The notes beneath the pieces are model-generated. The model had not been told where the DNA came from, searched no databases, and was given only the letters and a program-made list of their open reading frames with translations. A stretch of 64,000 bases of DNA from Thalia democratica (taxonomy: Eukaryota), in assembly GCA_965202585.1 (NCBI GenBank), contig OZ241831.1, positions 2,852,001 through 2,916,000 of the forward strand, in the 5' to 3' direction. Positions 24,279 to 37,200 of this stretch are shown here, piece after piece (within the stretch, counting starts at the first letter, position 1; each line of letters opens with the position of its first letter). The position numbers and the translations under genes are program-made.

Positions 24279-25397
24279 TTACAACGAATTTACTTTTCCC
24301 ATGAACAAAGTTTGATTTTTAAACAAAATCATCAACACAAACGGATGATTAACTGTAAAGCGAATTGGTTCATTGACTGGAGAAAAATCACAAATATAAT
24401 TCTTAACTAATCCAGTTGCTGCTGCAGCTTCAGTTCCACTTTCATCTGTCTCAATAAAGGCTTTGTGGACTGCTTCGGAGACGTAAAGTCCACTTGATTG
24501 CGTGGACATTGCACTAAAATCTGCAAGACTTTTATCAAAAGCGTCTTTTACTCCCAACAAACGTAAGCATTCGATCAATTCAGCTTTATACTCAAGTTTG
24601 AACTTTGGCATTCTCAACGAGATGTCTTTATCACAGTATTTATTAATATCTTTGAGGTTTTCAATAGTTTTAACGTCCAGTTTTTCTATCACACTTTTCA
24701 ATCCAAATTTCTCATCAGGTAAAATTATCAGCATACTAAAATCTGGTTGCTTGTAAGAAATTCTGACGCACTTGAACCCTTTTTCATCAACTGAAACATA
24801 CGGAAAGTCATTTCTCTTTATCATCATTTCAACAGTAGAAGTTTTATTTTCTGTACAATAGAATGGAGCTTTGTAGGTGTTATAATGTTTGAACTTATCA
24901 AACCAATCACCTTTAAAGTAGATACAACTAACTAGAACACATACAATTTCAGGAATCAATTTTTTTAACCAAATTTTCAATTTTTCCATTAGTACAACGT
25001 GCAACCCAGCCATTGATTTTATTTTTAGATTTGTCTGCATTGTTGTTGTAGTCTAAAGACTGGATTTGACATTTGAAAGCAGTTTTCATATCACTCTTGT
25101 ATTTTGCATCCATTATAAATGTTTCTGAGGGAAAAACAGAGTTAGCAGTTCAACTTTTAAACTATTAGAATCGTAGTTAAGTACATCATTTAACGCTTTG
25201 AGCTTAGAAAGAAGTTCTTCATCTTTTACATATCCTAGTGCTTCTTCAATCTGCTGCTTGGTTGTTCCATTTGAACCTAGTAGTAGCATAGAAAGAGCAA
25301 GCGAAATGCTCAGTGGTGAAAACAAAATGTTTTCGTTTTCATCAGTGATTTCACAGAGCTTTTCAAACAGATTGATGTCAAACGAGTTGAAATTCAT
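24279..25397 (-). pseudogene. Serpin copy 6, two opposite frameshifts
   Basis: -1 nt at about 25147 (gttagcagttc vs gttagcaagttc) and +1 nt near 24960-24980. Net length is restored, but the shifted frame hits a stop at 25113-25115. Near-identical to copy 1 (RCL GLVKNYICDF). Confidence 0.85.
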
Positions 25398-25427
25398 ACT
25401 GATTTTAGACACTACAAACTTTACAAG

Positions 25428-25670
25428 CTGAAATATAATTCTATATTACTCATTGATAAACCATCATTAAACTATTGTGTGTAAAATAGTTTTACAATTT
25501 GTAAAGCTTAAGAAATTTATTAGTTCATTATAACTCCATGAGTTTAAATGCAAAATGTTTTGACTAACTTAAAAACGTTAGAGCAAAGTCTTTATCAGAG
25601 AAATTTTTGCAAAACTGCAAAATATTTTTGAGTAACAAAATTAGAAATATATCTAGTTAGTCTTTCTTAC
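25428..25670 (-). other. Conserved 5'-UTR intron of the serpin genes
   Basis: Donor CAG|GTAAGA and acceptor atttcag| about 30 nt before the ATG. Homologous GT-AG introns at 3849-4090, 11541-11783, 16360-16693 and 30117-30361. Confidence 0.7.
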
Positions 25671-27060
25671 CTGACAAAATTCTTGAGTAACTGAACTGCC
25701 TGTAAATACATTCTGATTACTGATCACGCGACAAATTCAAAATGCACAACTAATAATAAAAAATAAAATAAGTGATATTAAACAAATAATAATTTCTTTA
25801 ATGCTTGTTACTGTTTGTTTCGACACTTGTCGCGCTAGTGAGTCACTCTTCTGTTAGAAGTAACTACTACCTACAGCAGATTTGTATTTAAACAGAAAAT
25901 AATTGTTAGCTTGTTACTTTAATTTATTTCGACAACTAAATTAAAACATGACTTTAACAATAATAAACTTGATTCAGAGTTATGGTATATAAGATCTAGT
26001 TATTTTATTTATGAGCAATTTTTATAAATCTAGTTTTTTAATTATTTATTTATATGACCAAAAGTTTGTTTAAGTTTTTGCAGTAAATTAGCTACAGTTA
26101 ACTTCATTTAGCTATTTAAATTTTATAAGTTGGTTTTATTGTAGGTATCTAGTAATATAGTTATGTTATTCTAGTTGTTGTATACAAACTACAGTTTAAG
26201 ATTATACTTTAGAAAGTTTGAAAATACATAAATAGGGGTAGTTTATTACTTTTGAAATGAAAACATAGATAAAGTAATATAAAGTAGCAAAGAGTTTAAA
26301 CAATTAAATGTTATTTATTTGATACTTTTCTAAAACAAGTATAGCTAATAAGCACACATTATATTAATATCATTGAAACTTATTTTATAAAAGTTTCAAG
26401 GCTTGTGTTTTGTTTGATAACTTTTTACAAACAACATATAACTATCAATTTATCACAAAGAAAAATTTTAAGCTATTTTACCAATATGTTATAGAATAAT
26501 AACAACATTATTTAAACTAAACAAACTAACTTAATACTTTCAAAAAATCCAAGTAAAATTAAGTAATTTTCTAGATCAATGGCCGACAGCATTTTATGAT
26601 TCACGGGAAAATTTTACAAGTTGCTAGCGAGATGCTCAAAGCAGAAAAAAAAATTCACAGGTCGCAGTTATTTAAAACAGATGTGGTAAACAGTATGAAA
26701 AAAAACTTTAAACAAAAATAACAATATAAGCGAAAATGAATCACTAGTAGCTAATAATTGATAAATTTACAACCTAATTGTAAATTTGGGCTACAAAAAC
26801 TTAATTTTTATTCCTAATTAGTATGTTTCTAAACTGAAAAGTACATCGTGGACCAAACATTTGTGTTTTTGGAAAATTCGGCACCTAGACCACTGGTTGC
26901 TTTTTTGACTTAGTTATTAAAGTAAAAAAACAAATAAAAACACTATACTTAAATAAATTTTATACTTCGAAGAGCTCATAAAATTATTTTTACTTGTATA
27001 ATTATAAAAATAATTCACTTAGTTAATGCTTTATTTTTAAAATATTTATTTATAAGTGTT

Positions 27061-28028
27061 TAGAAAACTGCTTAAACAAGTAACATGTGTAAACTCGGAA
27101 ATGAATAGAAAATTACAAAAACTAACCAACAAAGGACAATTATGACTTGCAAAAAAAGTTATTTTTTAGTAAAAGAAAAATTAGGAATTTCTTAGTTATT
27201 TTGGTACACTCTGTTTTCGTCTACTAAAATAATTATTCTTAACATAGATTATTTTAGTTGTTCTAAAAACAAATTATGTTAAAACGACGTTGAATCTAAA
27301 CATTTTTTTAACTCGACTATACAGATTATATATTAGTTCAAAATTATTCAACTAAAACCATTTCAAAAAAATTCCTAGTAAAACTTTGAAAAGTTGAGAA
27401 CTTTAAACAAGCTGAAATAAGAATAACGTTATTTTGTACTCATTATAACTATTAAAATTTTCAAGAACAATTTTATTTAAACAACTTGATTTACTATAAA
27501 CGTATTTATAGCTCAATAAACATCAAGATTTGTTACAGCTTTGTATTTAAAGTATTTAATTACCAATATTTAGTAAACTGTTTAAACAAATAAAACGTGT
27601 AAACTCTGAAATAAATGGAAATTTACAAAAGCTAACCAACTAATGACAATTATTTTTTAGTAAAAGAAAAATTAGGAATTTCTTAGTTATTTTGGTACAC
27701 TCTGTTTTCGTCTACTAAAATGGTTATTCTTAACATAAATTATTTTAGTTGTTCTAAAAACAAATTATGTTAAAACGACGTAGAACCTAAACATTTTTAA
27801 ATTTGACTAAACAGTTTATATCATAATTTCAAAATTGTTAAACTTAAACCTCTTTTAAGTATATATAATTTCGATAAATTTTCTGGTAAAGTTTTGAAAA
27901 GTTGAGAACTTTAAACAAGCTGTAATAAGAATAACGTTATTTCTGTTCTCATTATAACAATTAAAATTTTCAAGAACAATTTTATTTAAGGAACTTGACA
28001 TACTGTTAACACATTTATAGCTAAATAA
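27061..28028. repeat. Local tandem duplication of spacer DNA (two copies of about 460 bp)
   Basis: 27061-27520 and 27571-28028 share long blocks, e.g. gtaaaagaaaaattaggaatttcttagttattttggtacactctgttttcgtctactaaaa. Confidence 0.8.
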
Positions 28029-28961
28029 AGATTTACATCCAACTAGTTGTGATGAATAATCTAATTAATACTTTAAAATTAAACTTAACTTCATCAATTA
28101 CAACTTCGATAGAAAAAAATAGTTAGTTTGCGAATTTTATTAGTCTAATGTTTAATAAAATAAACAGATATAATTGGTTAAAACTAATAGAACTTTCTTA
28201 TGTCAAATTGATTTAAATTATTTGTTTTTGCATGTTAACCAACAAAGTTTAACAAGTAAAATACTAAAATTAAAGGTTTAATCTTAATCCTTTTTGTCAT
28301 CAATAAATTATCGCTAATAAGTGGCGAAAACTAAGTATATTTTAATTTTAATAGCATTTTGAACATATCATTTAAAACATGATATAGTTTGAGTATAGTT
28401 ATGTTATACAAAAATAATATTTCCTAAAACTATTAAAAAAATCATTTTGTACTATTAAAAATTAATATACACCAGTATTAGGTATGGTATTATTTTTTCA
28501 GCCTGAATAAAACGACAATTAATGTCCTTTGATGCAAAAAAAAACTGTTCCACTTCAGTTTGATATACGTTAGTAATACATAAATATTTTGTTTTAATTC
28601 ATAAATTATCAAGACATCAGTTGTCTGTACTAGGTATCAATAATACCAATTAATTTTGAAAAGTTTCTGCCAATCGCACTACTTAAAAATATATTTAAAA
28701 TTGAGTAAATTATCTATTTATTTGCTGCCGAACTCTTTAAAATTACAAAACTTAACTTTTATTTAAAGTTAACAATTAGTTTTTACAAATAATGAGATCA
28801 TTGTTAAGGAATCTAAATTTATTTAACATAATTTTACAAGTACACAAACAAACCTAACATTATTAAATTAACACAACGAAAACCATGCGTGACACCAGTT
28901 ACAACTTAATAAAAGAGATTAAAACAAAATGTTCAAATGAAAGCAATCGACTCACGAAAAT

Positions 28962-30086
28962 TTACAACGAAGTTACTTTTCCCATGAACAAAGTTTGACT
29001 TTTGAACAAAATCATCAACACAAACGGATGATCAACTGTAAAGCGAATTGGCTCATTGACTGGAGACATAGCACAAAGAAAACCCATGGTTAATCCAGTT
29101 GCTGCTGCAGCTTCAGTTCCATTCTCATTTGACTCGATAAATGCTTTGTGGACTGCTTTGGACACAAAAAGTCCATCTGGTTGAGTGGACATTGCACTAA
29201 AATCTGCAAGAATTTCATCAAAAGCGTCTTTCACTCCCAACAAACGTAAGCATTTGTTCAATTTAGCTTCATACTCAAGTTTGAACTTTGGCATTCTCAA
29301 CGAGATGTATTTATTACAGTATTTATTAATATCTTTGAGGATTTCAACAGTTTTAATGTCCAGTTTTTGGATCACACTTTTCAATCCAAATTTCTCATCA
29401 GGTAAAATTATCAGCATACTGTAATCTGGTTGCTTGTAAGGAATTCTCACACACTTGAACCCTTTTTCATCAACTGAAATATACGGAAAGTGATTTATCT
29501 GTATCATCATTTCAACAGTAGCAGTTTTATTTTCTGTAAATAAATAATAAAATGGGGCTTTGTAGGTTTCATAACTTTTGAACTTATTAAACCAATCACC
29601 TTTGAAGTAGATACAACTAACTAGAACACATGCAGTTTTAGGGTCCAATTCATTAAACAAATCTTTAATTTTTTCTTTAGTACAGCGTGCAACCCAATCA
29701 TTGATAAAATTTTTTGATTTGTCTGCATTGTTCTTGTAGTCTAAAGACTGAATTTGACATTTGAAAGCAGTTTTCATATCACTCTTGTATTTTGCATCCA
29801 TTATAAATGTTTCTGAGGGAAAGACAGAGTTAACAAGTTCAACTTTTAAACTATTAGAATCGTAGTTAAGTACATCATTTAATGCTTTGAGCTTAGAAAG
29901 AAGTTCTTCATCTTTCACAAGTCCTAGTGCTTCTTCAATCTGATGCTTGGTTGTTCCATCTGAACCTAGTAGTAGCATAGAAAGAGCAAGCGAAATGCTC
30001 AGTGGTGAAAAGAAAATGTTTTCGTTTTCATCAGTGATTTCACAGAGCTTTTCAAACAGATTGACATCAAACGAGTTGAAATTCAT
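28962..30086 (-). CDS. Intracellular serpin copy 7, intact, 374 aa from ATG
   Basis: Uninterrupted ORF with a 2-codon insertion (FYYLFTENK vs FYCTENK); RCL GLTMGFLCAMS. Confidence 0.95.
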   Translation of the reverse strand: MNFNSFDVNLFEKLCEITDENENIFFSPLSISLALSMLLLGSDGTTKHQIEEALGLVKDEELLSKLKALNDVLNYDSNSLKVELVNSVFPSETFIMDAKYKSDMKTAFKCQIQSLDYKNNADKSKNFINDWVARCTKEKIKDLFNELDPKTACVLVSCIYFKGDWFNKFKSYETYKAPFYYLFTENKTATVEMMIQINHFPYISVDEKGFKCVRIPYKQPDYSMLIILPDEKFGLKSVIQKLDIKTVEILKDINKYCNKYISLRMPKFKLEYEAKLNKCLRLLGVKDAFDEILADFSAMSTQPDGLFVSKAVHKAFIESNENGTEAAAATGLTMGFLCAMSPVNEPIRFTVDHPFVLMILFKSQTLFMGKVTSL

Positions 30087-31666
30087 ACTGATTTTAGACA
30101 CAACAAACTTTACAAGCTGAAATATAATTTTATATTACTTACTGATAAAATATTATTAAACTGTTGTGTATAAAATTATTTTACTATTTATAAAGCTTAA
30201 GAATCTTATTAGTTAATTATAGTGCTCTCTAAATTTTATTGCAAAATTTATTGATCAACTTAAAAACCTTAGAGCCAAGTGTTTATTAAAGCAAAATTTA
30301 TAATACTACAAAGTATTGTTGTGTAACAAGATAAGATACATATCTAATATGTCTTTCATACTTGACTAAATTGCCAAGTAGTTGACTAAATACATTCTGT
30401 TTACTTAATTAAACACGTGACAAGTTCAAAATGCACAATCAATAATCAACCATAAAGTAAGTGACTTACAACAACTACTTTTATTTTTTAGTGTTTACTG
30501 TCGTTTGGTCTACAACTTTTGGCGCTAAAAAGTTGTATTTCGTTTTAATTGAGACAACTACTGCTAGCAGAAGTTGTATATATCAAGCAGAAAAAATAAA
30601 ATAATAAATGACTCAATTAAACTGTAAATTATATACTGTATATTATATCTAGTTTTTCTGAAAGTACATGGTTGTCTTTTAAAATAAACAAAGTAATAAA
30701 CACAAAATATTTATATATGTTCTTAAAAAATATTCTAAATACATTTTTAAAATTATTTTTTATATTTTGTTAACTTTGAAAATGATTTACAAGCAATATA
30801 TATCTGTTTGTTTAGTACTTGAAAGGAAGTTCCAATTTCTGCTTTATTACAATACAAAATAACAGCAATATTGTTTGAGTTAAATAAAACATTTTTCTAA
30901 GTATTCCAGAAAGGTAAAATAATTTTAAAAGTAAGCAAATAATTTTAGTTAATGATCGGCGGATTTCAAAATTTTGCGGGCAAATTTTTCGAGAAAAATC
31001 CTCTTCGGGCCGCAGTTATTGTATTAATAAAAAGTACTATTATTATTTGAAACAAAAATATAAAAAGTTAGCAAGAGTACATTGCTTGTCATCACTAAAA
31101 GACAACTTAAAGCCTATTTTTTGGATCGCATTTCCGATAATTTTAAAGATGATTAAAAAAACAAAATAATTCGGGGCATTTATCACAGTTACTAAATAAA
31201 AACTAAAAAGTAAAAGCTTAAAATTTTAATTTAAAATATAGAGGTCTAGTTTAACCAACACATAAAAAAGTAATAAAACATTAAAATCAAAGTAAAAAGT
31301 TAGTTTTGTTTCATCACCATAACTAATTAAAAAACAGTTAACGAATAAATAATGAAGATATATGTCTTTATTTTGATTGTAAACTAATCAATGGTATTTA
31401 AACATTATTACTCTATTACTAGTTTTTCAAAAAATCAAACCTAAATATATTTTCCTAAGTAAACAAACAGTAATTCATAATAAAGTTTTAAATTACTACG
31501 ATAGTGCTGTCAATGCCGAACGTAAACAATTTTATTGATTTATCAATCATTAATTTGTAAACAAACTTATACGCTTTTATGTACAAGTTATGGTGTTATT
31601 TAAACGTGATTTCAAGTTCAGTTTATTTTTAGTTTTGTGTTGTTTTTGGTATAAATTTTTTTAAGT

Positions 31667-34227
31667 ATGGGTTGTTGTAGTTGCAGTTTATTTGTTTATT
31701 TGTCTCTACTTTTGTATTTCATTGATATTATTACTGAAATCACATCATCTGTAGCTCTTGGACTGACTCAAGTTAGTTTATTTATTTTTCAGATTAAAAG
31801 TAATTTCAAAAAGTTTTTACTTGTACAAAAAAAATAGTTTTAACTTGAAAATGTTTTAGTCAAAAAATCTAAAACTTGTTTTTCAACTGTGTTAAATAAC
31901 TAAAAAGTTAAACAATGTGTCTTTTATAAGTAAATAAAAGACTGACTTTTATTTTTTAATTAAAATGTTTTAACGTTTTAGAGAATAATTTTAAACAGAA
32001 AACGGCAACAAAGTTGCTTCAATTTAACGGTTTGTATGTAAAATTTACTAATACCTAAATTTTTAATAATCGTTTTTAGTGATGATGAACTTTTATTGGT
32101 CAACACAGTTTAAACTTGTTTTAAAAATGATTTTTTAAAATTAATAAAGTAAAACAAACAATTTATAATTTTTTACTTTTTGTTACATTTTATACATATA
32201 CTTTGTTATATGCAAAATATCGACTATTCATTTACATGTAATTTATTGGTACGGTACAAAGCTCTCTATTAAAACAAAATTTTATTTTGACACATACCCC
32301 TATAGCTGCCTCATTTTGTAAAGTAAATACACTGATCTTAAATTTTCAACAAAATAAGTTTTTCTTTTTACCTAATTAAAATTTAGTCGAATTTCTATGT
32401 TTTTCGATGCTTTTTATAACCTATAATTAAACCTACCCTTTAATTTTCTACAAATGACTATTTTTTAAAATAATAATAGTTTGAAAAGTTTTTGATCAAG
32501 ATTAATACAGCGCTATTTACATTTCAAAAAAACGTTAATTGGTCTAATTATAATACAACTTCTAATTATAAAAAACTATACGGAGAGTTTTTAAACGTGC
32601 TTTATATTTCAACACTGCAATAACTTTTACGATGTTATCATTTAAAGTTATACTTCTTTCACAGTACGACTTCAAAGGAAATTGTATGCTTTTTGGGGAT
32701 TTTACCTTCAACGAAACTGCTGAGCGCTTCAACGTGACTAGTTACGGCTCGGACCTGATATGCGGGTACTGTACATACGAATCGGCCATAAACGTCATTT
32801 TTGCCATATGTTTCTCTGTGTTCATTATATACACTGTGAAAAAATGGGACAGCCGTTTGTGAGTAAAGTTTTTATTTTGTGAGTAAACAACTAGGTAGTC
32901 TCCTAAAATCTCAACATTACCTAGTTCTTTATAAATAAAAAAATTTATTATAAACATTTATAAAAAAAAAAGGTTTAAAAAATATTTGTATGCTTAATTC
33001 TTTTATTTTCTTAAAAGAATATTTTGTGATTATAAACAACATGCGTCTAAATTGAAATATATCTGTTAAATATAAAAGTTTTACACTACGCTTAATACCA
33101 AATTTAATTGTATGAGAGAAATATATATTTAAACTTATCAAGTTTTGTTTTTGCTTCCAAAATTAATTTTTAATTCTATAAATACTTCTTTTATTTTAAA
33201 ATTATAATTGATAAAATATCAAAACATCTTTTTAAATATCGTGTTTAAATTTTCTAACTAGTTCAAAATAACTTTTTGACAGTAAAGGCAAATGGGTACT
33301 GACAATTCTAATCCTGAATTTATTGATGTTTTTACTGAGACTGTCTATGTCTTGTATCATTACTATTGGAAGTAAACAAACTTGCAAATCTATTGAAGAT
33401 GCTTCGAATAGGTTACTGATTAAAAATCTTAAGTATTTTTTATAAAATCGAGTATAAGTGTATTAGTCGTTCTAACTTATATAGTTTTACAAGATAAGTT
33501 TTGCAGATATTTGATAACATCGGTACATAAGACAAGTAAAGCAAATTATTATTAATTGTAACATCATTTTAGTTGATTTAAGTACAATTAAAAATTAAAA
33601 TATACTTTATTGCTAAAACAAAGTGTAACAAATTTTAATATTGTATCAGAAAGTGTATCTCTATCGATAGTTACGACTGCTACCTAGTGAATGGAAAGTT
33701 TGTTGAGACATCTAATCTTTTTACTTACTACACAACAGCTGAGGTGAATTATTTATTTTTTATTATAAGTATTAGTTTACATAGAAAACCAACTTAATTA
33801 TTTAATTTTAGTAAGATATACTGTATAAAATAGAAAAACTAAAAATTATATCGAGGCTTGTTTATATTTGTATTTTAAGAGCAGGTTTTCAAAGTGTGTA
33901 GATTAATTTTATAATTTTTTTCTTGTTTTAAATCTATTTCATCAAAAATTAACAGAAGTATCTATTTTTAAAAAGCCTTTGTTTAACAACACTATTAATC
34001 AGCATTTTTTCACTAGAAGATTTTTTTCCATAAACATGTGAACCATTTTTTAAATAACTAGTTTTCTGTATATATTCTTTTTATACTGAATAAAACAAAA
34101 CATTCAATAAATACTACTTTAGACTGCTTCGTGGTTCAGTGTACTTTGGTGGACTATCCTCACAATAATAACTGCAATCAAATACAAGAAAGTTAAAAGT
34201 GAAAATTCTGGATACTCCAGTGTCTAA
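31667..34227 (+). CDS. TMEM179: TMEM179-like four-pass membrane protein, 5 exons, 208 aa
   Basis: GT-AG exons 31667-31771, 32665-32858, 33283-33411, 33650-33743 and 34123-34227 join in frame (627 nt). DFKGNCMLF matches the TMEM179 DFxGxCLLF motif, with spaced Cys, four hydrophobic segments and ASWFSVLWW in TM4. Confidence 0.78.
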
Positions 34228-37200
34228 TAAGAACTTTAAATTATTTTTTTTGTAAAAGATTTATTGAGAGTTTCTGTTTTTTGTGTTTGATAAAAACAGT
34301 TCAGTTAAAAATTTTCAATTTTTGGCATTTAACATCAAACTATGTAAATGAGACGTAAGACAAACTAATTAGAACTTTAGAAGTTTAAAATTTCTGTTCT
34401 TTTAACATCAATATTTTCTTAACTAAAGCTAAAACGTAGTAAAAAACTGCCACAAATTAATTTTGATACTTATCTACAAACCTTAAACTGATTTTTAATT
34501 TTTTAAGGTATATCACTAAAAGTGATCTTTTTTACAGTTCTTTTGAATGAAATATTTAAGTTTTAGAAATTTTTTCATTTTAAAAACCTTTTTTTTCACA
34601 AATATTTTGCTCATTAATTGTTTTAAAACCTTTCTCGAAGCAATGAGTTATATAAAAAAGACATTATTTTTTAATTAGTTATACATTTTAGTAAATAATT
34701 ATAAGACTTAAACTTTTATATTTAAAGCTTATGAGTTATTTCAAAACTTTTTAAACTATAAGTTGAACGAGCAAAGTATTTTTAATCAAAACATTTTATC
34801 TGACAGTATGAATAAACTGTAAACTTTTTATGACTAAATCAAACTCTTTTTTAAGTGTTTTTTGATGTATAAATTACCTAAAAATGTTTAAACATTGCTT
34901 TAGTAATTTAGCTGAAAAACTAATAAAAAATTCTTTTTAAACTTGTTATGTATAAAATAAAATAAGTTAGAAATAAAATGTTCTTTTACTGACTTAGAGT
35001 AATAAAATGAAATGTATGTACTTATTTTGAAATCTTATGCAAGTTAAATTCAAACAGTTCGAAGTAAAAGAGCAATTTCTTTTCAAATATTATAAATTTG
35101 TTTGTTATTTTCGGTATACGAATTGCAAAAAATATGTAATATTACAAGTTATAAAAACATTACTTGGAAAAATTATTTGTTTCAATCACAACCTACAAAT
35201 GGTTTTCGAAACAAAACAAAACCGAGTTCTTAGCGTATCATAAAATTGTCAAAACAGCTAATTAGTTTTGTATAAAAATGTTTTCTAAAATTTAGCTTCT
35301 TTTTTACACTTTGATAATAAATTTTTATGTTAGATGACAAAAAGGATTTTAACAGATTTTCATATTATAAATCACAATTTTATAAACTAACAGCATATTT
35401 GCTACCTTTGCTTCACTTTAATAAAACTGTTCAGCTATTCTACAAGAAATTTGGAAAATATCTAAATCTAGTGATTCTACATCTCGAAGGTGTGTTTTAA
35501 AACGCATACCTTGATGCTTATTTGGAAACCTTTATGAGCTTCATACCTTCATGCTAGAACCGTTTTTTAATATATACAGTTTCTGTAGAACAAACATTAA
35601 TAGCAGGCAGTAATGTGTAATAAAAAGTATTTTGCGAGCCGCAGTTATTTTACAACTATTCAACAATAAATAGAAATTTTAATGAAAAATATGATACAAC
35701 ATGAATAAACAAGGCAAACTAAGACTCCTGTTTAGTTTAAATGCAAATATTTTTGCTTTGCAGGACGCAGTTTTCCTACTCTTGTATACCAAAAAAAGCT
35801 AAAATAGCATTAAATGACACTTCAGAACCGTTTACTAACAATTTCCACCCGCACAATTTCCACTCAAATTTTTTATTTTTCTCCTTCTTCATTTATAAAT
35901 TTATTTACTTTTTAATTTTTGTTTATTATTTGTTTTTCATTATCACTGTTACCCCTAACCCTAGTCCTTCGTCGGTAAGCGGTTCTCGGAATTGGTCAGG
36001 TGGGAATTGTGCGCGGGTGGGAAATGATTGCGAGTTAGAACTGAGCGGTTGCCTTTCAGATATTTTATTTAAACTTTTTTTGTTTCAGCAATTGTGTATA
36101 GATACCGTTAAAATAAGTTACTTACATGCGTAATTGAAACTCTGAAAGAATTTTTGTTTTAAACAAAAAAATTCAATCAGTACATAGTTGAAACAAAACT
36201 GTGTAGACTTGTATAACTTAGCAATAATTAACAAGTGTTTATTGTTATTTGTTTTTTGGTTTTGGTGTATGGTTTCTCAAAATTAGTATTTAGTCTTACA
36301 ATAAAAATAAAAGTTGTGCTTCAAACAATAAATTATGTTTATTAGATGTATTGTTAAAAACATTTCAATAAAAATCTACTTAAAATTTTTTTTGTAAAAA
36401 ACAAATTTTTCAATCTTATAGGAAGAAAATAATATTTGTAATAAATTTTTTTATACAGATAAAATAAAAAACAAATAATAAATAGTAAAACTGAGTTGTT
36501 TGGTTTGTTTTTAAAACTTAGAAGTAAATATTATATTAAGTATTTAATAGCTTTGAATAAAAAGTTTACTCCATGTGAATTTTTAATGTATTTTTTCTTT
36601 TTTAAGTAAAATGATTAAAGTTTCGTCATATGCATGTCTTTCAAAAAATATTGTTTTAAATGTTTGTTTAATAATCACTTTTGTTCTTGATCATAATTTT
36701 AAATTGTTTTAAACTAAGATAAATTTAGTAACTTTATTTTATATGCGTTTGATTTATTTCAAAAAAAAAGTTCATCTAAGTAGTTCTTTGATATTATTAG
36801 TTCAAGGAAACATGTTTGAACACTTGTTGTAGACACTGTTTAAATAAATAAGTTTGTGTATAAAAAAAACAGGTTTAATAATGTTTATTATAAAGAAATT
36901 TATGGAGTTTTAAAAATGTTATTTTTCAATTTTAGCGCTAGTGCATGCGAGTACTTTTAGGCTGATCAAAATTCGAAACCCTATGTTTTTCTCTTAGATA
37001 CCAAAAAAAAGTTAATTACATTTGCTAACGTTTGTTTTTATATAAAACTTTTTATAAAACAGATATTAGTTAAACTGCACAACCATCACATAACTTTATG
37101 TGGCATTCTGCGACCTGGTTTCATCTGCCCAGTATACTGAAGGTTTAAACTGAACTTTTTAAGTTTAACTGATTTGTTTGTGTTTAATTAAAATTTTCAT

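Larger units (their letters stand above)
1..30600. repeat. Tandem serpin gene array, about 4-kb unit, 7 copies in window (probably continues left of base 1)
   Basis: Seven homologous serpin CDSs with recurring 5' and 3' flank blocks, e.g. ttgctgcggaaacctcgt at about 1551, 5970, 14120 and 23146, and agatcactggcc-type blocks at about 131, 9267, 12699, 21627 and 26573. Confidence 0.97.

Noticed and set aside
2923-29424. Recurrent antisense ORFs over the serpins (MSLERSSSS..., MDIALKSA...)
   Set aside because: Opposite-strand shadows of the serpin codons, repeated only because the genes are duplicated; no independent motifs.
35952-35965. Telomere-like ccctaacccta
   Set aside because: Only about two units; expected by chance.
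35741-36133. 130-aa plus-strand ORF
   Set aside because: Low-complexity F/I/Y run from AT-rich DNA, no recognisable domain or consistent exon structure.
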